Below, piece by piece: positions 55,680-64,000 of a stretch of 64,000 nucleotides of DNA (position 1 is the first letter of the stretch; each line of letters starts with the position of its first letter). The position numbers and the translations under genes were made by a program. This DNA comes from the human T2T-CHM13v2.0 reference genome, Homo sapiens. The notes below the pieces were generated by a model that had not been told where the DNA came from, did not search any database, and saw only the letters and a list, made by a program, of their open reading frames with translations. The stretch is from NCBI GenBank assembly GCA_009914755.4, contig CP086569.2, positions 1,280,001 to 1,344,000 on the forward strand, in the 5' to 3' direction.

Positions 55680-58600
55680 TGAAGACAGAGACGAGAGTGG
55701 ATGGATGGGTAGATGGGTGAATAAATGGATGGATGGGTGGGTGGATGGATGGGTAGATGCATAGATGGGTGGATGAATGGGTACATGGGTGGGTGGATGG
55801 ATGGATGGGTGGGTAAGTGGATGAGTGCATGGGTGGGCAGATGGGTGGGTGGATGGATGGGTGGATGGGTGGGTGGGTGGGAGGGTGGGTGTGCGGATGA
55901 ATGGTAGGTGGGTTTGTGAATGGGTGGGTAGGTGGGTGAGTGGGTGGATGGCTGGATCAGTGTTAGGATGTGTGGGTGGATGAATGGATGGGTTGATGGG
56001 TAGATGGATGGGAGGATGTATGGATGAATGCATGGATGGGTGGATGGGTGGGTGGGTGGGAGGGTGGATGTGTGGATGGATAGATCAGTGTTTAGGTGGA
56101 TAGATGTGTGGGTGGATGAATTGATGGGTTGATGGGTAGATGGATGGGTGGATGTATAGATGAGTAGGTGGATGGGTGGGTGGATGGATGGGTGGCTAGA
56201 TGGATGAGTGGGTGGATGGGTTGGTGGATGGATGATGAATGGATGTGGATGGGTAGATGGATGGGTGGGTGAGTGGATGAGTGCATGGGTGGGCGGATGG
56301 GTGGGTGGATGGATGGGGGTGGGTGGGAGGGTGGATGGGTGGATGAATGGTAGGTGGGTTTGTGAATGGGTGAGTGGGTGGGTGGATGGGTGGATGGATG
56401 GATTAGTGTTTAGATAACTGGAAGTGTGGGTGGATGAATTGATGGGTTGATGGGTAGATGGATGGGTGGATGGATGGATGGGTGGGTGGATGGATAGATG
56501 AGTAGGTAGATGGATGGGTGGATGGATGGGTGGGTGGATGGATAGATGAGTAGGTAGATGGATAGATGAGTAGGTAGATGGGTGCGTGGACGGATGGGTG
56601 AATAGATGGATGAGTGGGTGGATGGGGGGTTGGATGGATGATGAATGGATGGGGATGGGTAGATGGATGCATGGGTGGATGAATGGTGGATGGGTTTCTG
56701 AATGGGTGAGTGGGTGGGTGGGTGGATGGATCAGTGTTTAGATAGATGGATGTGTGGGTGGACGAATGGATGAGTTGATGGGTAGATGGATGGGTGGATG
56801 TATGGATGAGTAGGTGGATGACTGGGTGAATGGATGGATGCATGGATGGGTGGATGGATGGGTGGGTGGGTGGATGAATGGTAGGTGGGTTTGTGAATGG
56901 GTGGGTAGGTGGGTGAATGGGTGGATTGATGGATCAGTGTTTAGATAGGTGGATGTGTGGGTGGATGAATGGATGGATTGATGGGTAGATGGATGGGTGG
57001 ATGTATAGATGAGTAGGTGGATGTATGGGTGGATAGAAGGATGACTGGGTGGATGGGTGGGTGGATGGATGATGAATGGATGGGGATGGGTAGATGGATG
57101 GGTGGGTGGATGAATGGTGGGTGGGTTTGTGAATGGGTGAGTGGGTGGATGGGTGGATGCATGGATCAGTGTTTAGATAGGTGGATGTGTGAGTGGATGC
57201 ATTGATGGTTGATGGGTAGATGGATGGGTGGATGTATAGATGAGTAGGTGGATGGGTGGGTGGATGGATGGGTGGATAGATGGATGAGTGGGTGGATGGA
57301 TGGATGCATGGATGGGTGGATGGATGGGTGGGTGGATGGGAGGGTGGATGGATGGATGAACTGTAGGTGAGTTTGTGAATGGGTGGGTAGGTGGGTGAAT
57401 GGGTGGATGGATGAATCCGTGTTTAAATAGGTGGATGTGTGGGTGGATGAATTGATCGGTTGATGGGTAGATGGATGGGTGGATGTCTGGGTGGTTGGAT
57501 ATATAGATGAGTAGGTAGATGGGTGGGTGGATGGATGGGTGAGTAGATGGATGAGTGGGTGGATGGGTGGATGGATGGATGATGAATGGATGGGGATGGG
57601 TAGCTGGATGGGTGGGTGGATGAATGGTGGGTGGGTTTGTGAATGGGTGAGTGGGTGGGTGGGTGGATGGGTGGATGGATGGATCAGTGTTTAGATAGGT
57701 GGATATGTGGGTGGATGCATTGATGGTTGATGGGTAGATGGATTGGTGGATGTATAGATGAGTAGGTGGATGGGTGGGTGGATGGATGGGTGGATAGATG
57801 GATGAGTGGGTGGATGGATGGATGCATGGATGAGTGGATGGATGGGTGGGTGGATGGGAGGGTGGATGGGTGGATGAATGGTAGGCGGGTTTGTGAATGG
57901 GTGGGTAGGTGGGTGAATGGGTGGATGTATGGATCAGTGTTTAGATAGGTGGATGTGTGGGTGGATGAATGGATGGGTTGATGGGTAGATGGATGGGTGG
58001 ATGTATGGATGGGTGGATGAATAGATGAGTAGGTGGATGGGTGGGTGGATGGGAGGGTGAATAGATGGATGAGTGGGAGGATGGGTGAGTGGATGGAGGA
58101 TGAATGGATGAGGATGGGTAGATGGATGGGTGGATGGATAGATGGGTGGCTGGATAGATGAATAGGTGTATGGGTGTGTGGATGGATGGATGGATGGATG
58201 GATGGATAAGTGGGTGGGTGGATGGATGGATCAGTGTTTAGGTGGATGGACGTGTGGGTGGATGGATGGGCGGATAGATGGATGAGTGGGAGGATGGGTG
58301 AATGGATGTATGATGAATGGATGAGGATGGGTAGATGGATGGGTAGATGGATAGATGGGTGACTGGATAGATGAATAGGTGTATGGGTGTGTGGATGGAT
58401 GGATGGATGGATGGATGGATGGATGGATAAGTGGGTGGGTGGATGGATGGATCAGTGTTTAGGTGGTTGGACGTGTGGGTGGATGGATGGGTGGACAGAT
58501 GGATGAGTGGGAGGATGGGTGAATGGATGTATGATGAATGGATGAGGATGGGTAGATGGATGGGTGAATGGATGTATGATGAATGGATGAGGATGGGTAG

Positions 58601-59140
58601 ATGGATGGGTGGATGGATAGATGGGTGGCTGGATAGATGAATAGGTGTATGGGTGTGTAGATGGGTGGCTGGATAGATGAATAGGTGTATGGGTGTGTGG
58701 ATGGATGGATGGATGGATGGATGGATAAGTGGGTGGGTGGATGGATGAATCAGTGTTTAGGTGGTTGGACGTGTGGGTGGATGGATGGGTGGACAGATGG
58801 ATGAGTGGGAGGATGGGTGAATGGATGTATGAGGAATGGATGAGGATGGGTAGATGGATGGGTAGATGGATAGACGGGTGGATGGATAGATGAATAGGTG
58901 TATGCCTGTGTGGAGGGATGGATAAGTGGGTGGGTGGGTGGGTGGATGGATGGATCAGTGTTTAGGTGGCTGGATGTGTGGGTGGATGAATGGATGGGTT
59001 GATGGGTAGATGGATGGGCAGATGTATGGATGGGTGGATGGATGGATGAGTGGGTGGATGGGTAGGTGGATGGATGGGTGGATGGATGGATGAGTGGGTA
59101 GATGGGTGGGTGGGTAGATGGGTGGATGGATGAATAGATG
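55680..59140. repeat. ~3.5-kb degenerate (GGAT)n/(TGGG)n microsatellite. It is the reverse-complement family of the 5930-7610 tract
   Basis: ggatggatgggtggatgggtgg units throughout. This is the source of the Trp/Met/Gly-rich and His/Pro-rich artefact ORFs. Confidence 0.9.
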
Positions 59141-60112
59141 ATGCATGGATGGATGCTTCTATCCACCATGAAATGCCAATTGTTTCCAGAAAATCACCAG
59201 AAGCTGCAGCAAAGCTTGGAACAGATTTTCCCTCAGAGCCCTAATGAGGAACCAACCCTGCCAATACCTTCATCTCAGACTTCTGGTCTCCAGGATGGGG
59301 AGAGAATGCATTGCTGTTATTTAAGCCACCACATCAGTGGTAATTAGTTATGGCAGCTGTCGCAAACCAATACACCGAAAAAAGAGAGGAAAAGTTTTAA
59401 CCAACAGACTTCAAAGAAATTAGAGAAAGCGTCATCATACCAAATAAAAGAGAGGAAGAACCTTAAAAGAAAGATAAAGCATGAAAAGCACAAGATTATA
59501 GGATAAGAGAAAGAAATGAGGAACAAGCCAATGGGCCTCAGAAACTCAATGGAAGACAAGGATCTCAAGACTTGAAGATATAAAGACGGCACTGCAAAGC
59601 AATAACAACAACAACATGTATTCATGCCGTCCCCCTTTCTTTGGTTGACTTACTGTTGAGAAATGTCCAACACTAGCAGAGTGGAGCATATAGATTATGA
59701 TGTGATTTGCCAAAGCCCAGGAGGAATGGCTGCATAGGACCCTCTCCTCACCTGCCATGGTTGCATTGAACCACTAGGGTAGGGAAGGAAGCAAGGCTCA
59801 GAGCTCCCTGCTCAAGCATCTCCCTGCAGGGGCCAAGACATCTTCTTGACCTTTGACATGTGGATCTATGGCACAGGGGCTGTCCAGAGCTCTCCATGAC
59901 CCAGGCATCAGACCCCTTCCAGCTCCAGGAGGGAGGAGGTACAGGTATACACCTGGTGCTGACCTACAAGGGTCACAGGAAGAATCCAGCTTTGGGACAC
60001 CTCCTATGACCAAGTTGTTCAGGATTTTACAATGTGGTCTCAGGGTCACTGTTAGTGCACCCAGACCTGTTTGAGCAAGAGTCCTTGATATCGATTTAGA
60101 AATATAATGGGT

Positions 60113-61440
<1,328 letters not shown>

Positions 61441-62088
61441 TTTGCAAATGTGAATGATTCAGGTATCATAATTGGGAAGATGCGTCTGGCATCTGGTGGG
61501 TAGATCCCAGGGACACTGCTCAACACCCTACAGTACACAGGATGGCCCCACCACAGAGGATCATCTGGGCTGAAATGTCAGCAGTGCTAAGGCTGAGAAA
61601 CCTGCCCTCAAGCAACTGTGTGACAAGAGCAGCCTTCAACAAACACACAGAGCTCAGGAGTACTTTCCAAAGAATGTCTGCAAGAGGCTTTCGGGGAGAG
61701 AAAAGACCCCAGGCAGATGTTCCTAGCAAGAAGCTGGTGTCGTGGAAAGGGACAGTGGTCTCATCATGGTTAGTGACCAGCTGTGGATGAAGAGCGATTC
61801 CTTAAAATGCCTGCATGTGCCCCTCATTGCCTTGCCGTCACGGACCTCCCACCCCATCACAGAGGAGGAGACCTGGTCTTCAGGAAGACAGATAGAACAT
61901 GAGCTAAAGCATCTCTTGGGCCCCTGAGCTGGGGTGGGGTCAGACGTCAGAGCTGTGGCCAGAAGCAATAACAAAGAGAAGTTCTTGACTCATGTGGAAC
62001 CTTCCATTGGTATTTCCTGTTTCCAATCCTAAGCATTTCTCTGTATGATGGACACCAATGCTTTTAAAATGAAAAATGGTGCTGGCAG

Positions 62089-62089
<1 letters not shown>

Positions 62090-62135
<46 letters not shown>
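62090..62135. repeat. (GT)n dinucleotide repeat, about 22 units
   Basis: Direct inspection. Confidence 0.95.
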
Positions 62136-62138
<3 letters not shown>

Positions 62139-62321
62139 CCAGCAGGGAAGCAGAAATTATTACCAACATATCTTTTGCAAACAGGGATCATATAAACTAG
62201 AGAGATTGCAGAAGGCAGACTGTAGATAAGAGATTGCAAAGAGGTTGTAGGGTGACAGACAGGTCCTTTTGGGAGGGAGGAAGTAGGAAGAGAGTTGGTG
62301 GTTTTCAATATGGGAAGCTGA

Positions 62322-62640
<319 letters not shown>

Positions 62641-63279
62641 ACAGGTATCTTTTTACGTGAACATAGATAGCAGGGGCTGGGAAAACAGAGAGGCTAGGTG
62701 GTGGGCTCATGGTGCAAAGGCTATCATGGAATATACCAGAAGCCTCCTGCCCCCTGCTGTCCGCCTTTCTGGTGGTCCCTCCCCACTGAACTGCAACTTA
62801 TCCTAATAAAACCGGGGTTGATACCACCACTTCCAGGTTCCCACATTCCAAGTCCCCTCAGCCACAGAAGCAGATGCAACCTCTTCTGAACTTCCAGACA
62901 CCATTGAGTTTTCAACTTTGGTTTAATTTTTAGATCTTCCAATTACAGAACACACACACACACTTGTTATGAGTAAAAGAATAAAGAGAAATAGAGAGCT
63001 CTGTATTCGTGTTTGTCTTTGGATCTTTCCCCTCCAGGTCCCACTTCCCTTCAGAAGTAACCTCTGGGAGTTCGTTTGCTCTGGAGCCTCCTTTCATACA
63101 CAGGTAAGTTTTATTTTGCATAGTAGGACATACACCCGTCACCACTTTTGTGAATGTCTTGTGGTGTCTCTAACCATATGCCCCACAGTGAGGGGATTTG
63201 GATGGATCAACTCTGCTTCAGCCTGTGTGCTTACACACACTCCTCTGTAAGTATTTTTGTGCATACCTGTGAGAACATT

Positions 63280-64000
63280 TTCTAGGATCGATTTCTAGGA
63301 GAAGATCTGCTGATTTGAAGGGTTTGCATATTTTAAATGGAATGCATGTATTAGAAAGGAAGTAAGATCTAAAATCAATAATTTAAGTTTCCACCTCGAG
63401 AAACTAGAAAAAGAAGAGCAAATTAAATCTAATGGAAGAAGAAAGAAATAAATCATAAATATTAGATTAGAGGAGAAATCAGTGGATTTGAAAATAGGAA
63501 ATCCATAGAGGACAGAAATCAGTGCAATTGAAAACAGCAAGTCAATAGACAAAAATCAAAACCATAGGGTTGTTCTTTGAAATAACAATCAATGAGAGTA
63601 ATAAGCTTCTAGTCAGGCTAACAACAACAAAGAATGAGGACACAAGTTACTAATACTGTAAATGAAAGAGGAGACATCACTACAGATCCCATGGACATTA
63701 AAAAGATCATAAAGAAATATTATAAACAATTCTGTGCCCATAAAATTGATCACCTAGATGAAAAGAACAAAAGGATAAAATCTGACAACTCACACAAGAA
63801 GAAACAGCCAATCTGAGTGAGCCTATATCTCTTAAAGAAATTGAATCGATAATTTAATAACCTTCCCAAACAAAAGGCTCCAGGCCCAGATGGGTTTACT
63901 GATGAATTTTCCCCAACATTTAAGGAAGAAATTATATTGATTCTCTACCATTCCTTCCAGAAGATAGAAACACAGGGAATATCACCAAATATCCACCCAA
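63280..64000 (+). mobile_element. Ancient L1 fragment (ORF2 region, endonuclease-to-RT linker and RT start), continuing past the window end
   Basis: Frame-broken translation resembles L1 ORF2 (...NERGDITTDP.DIKKIIKKYYKQ...APGPDGFT.EF...). There are many stops, so it is a degenerate old L1M/L1P-type copy. Confidence 0.7.

Overview
This window is human (primate) nuclear DNA, not a prokaryotic or viral locus, so operon or defence-island style 'systems' do not apply. It has dozens of Alu elements in both orientations, MaLR/ERV LTR fragments, an L1 ORF2 fragment, minisatellites and kb-scale microsatellites. From the encoded proteins and local architecture I identify it as the pseudoautosomal region 1 (Xp22.33/Yp11.3) ASMTL-P2RY8 interval, read in the centromere-ward direction. 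Two protein-coding genes, both on the minus strand, could be reconstructed by hand from splice signals. (1) ASMTL, a Maf-like nucleotide pyrophosphatase domain fused to an ASMT-like class I O-methyltransferase domain. Eleven coding exons lie between 365 and 35818, with consistent reading-frame phases across all exons. Exon 2 apparently uses a GC (not GT) donor. The remaining roughly 2 C-terminal exons lie beyond the window start. (2) The single coding exon of the GPCR P2RY8. The acceptor is at 49951/49950 and the annotated ATG (MQVPNSTGPDN...) at 49926. The stop is at 48847-48849, with a multi-kb 3' UTR running toward about 45.9 kb. Positions 49951-64000 are P2RY8 intron 1. Most of the rest is repeat. 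A CpG-island promoter for ASMTL carries two G-rich minisatellites (36.0-37.3 kb). About 5.4 kb of near-continuous VNTR arrays in ASMTL intron 1 end about 75 bp from the exon 1 donor. A VNTR-bearing segment is duplicated (26.2-27.2 kb and 30.3-32.4 kb), and its 3' end abuts a tRNA-Phe-type primer-binding site, which points to an ERV LTR origin. An Alu-derived tandem array (269-bp period, 5 units), a tandemly triplicated MLT1 LTR, an AT-rich ~78-bp satellite and very long (GGAT)n/(ATCC)n and (TCTA)n-type tracts are also present. All long ORFs in the six-frame track other than the two genes are translation artefacts of tandem repeats or GC-rich antisense frames. I see no evidence for a novel coding system. 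The points worth checking are structural (VNTR/ERV architecture, Alu tandem array, GC-AG intron, repeat arrays abutting splice sites and the promoter).
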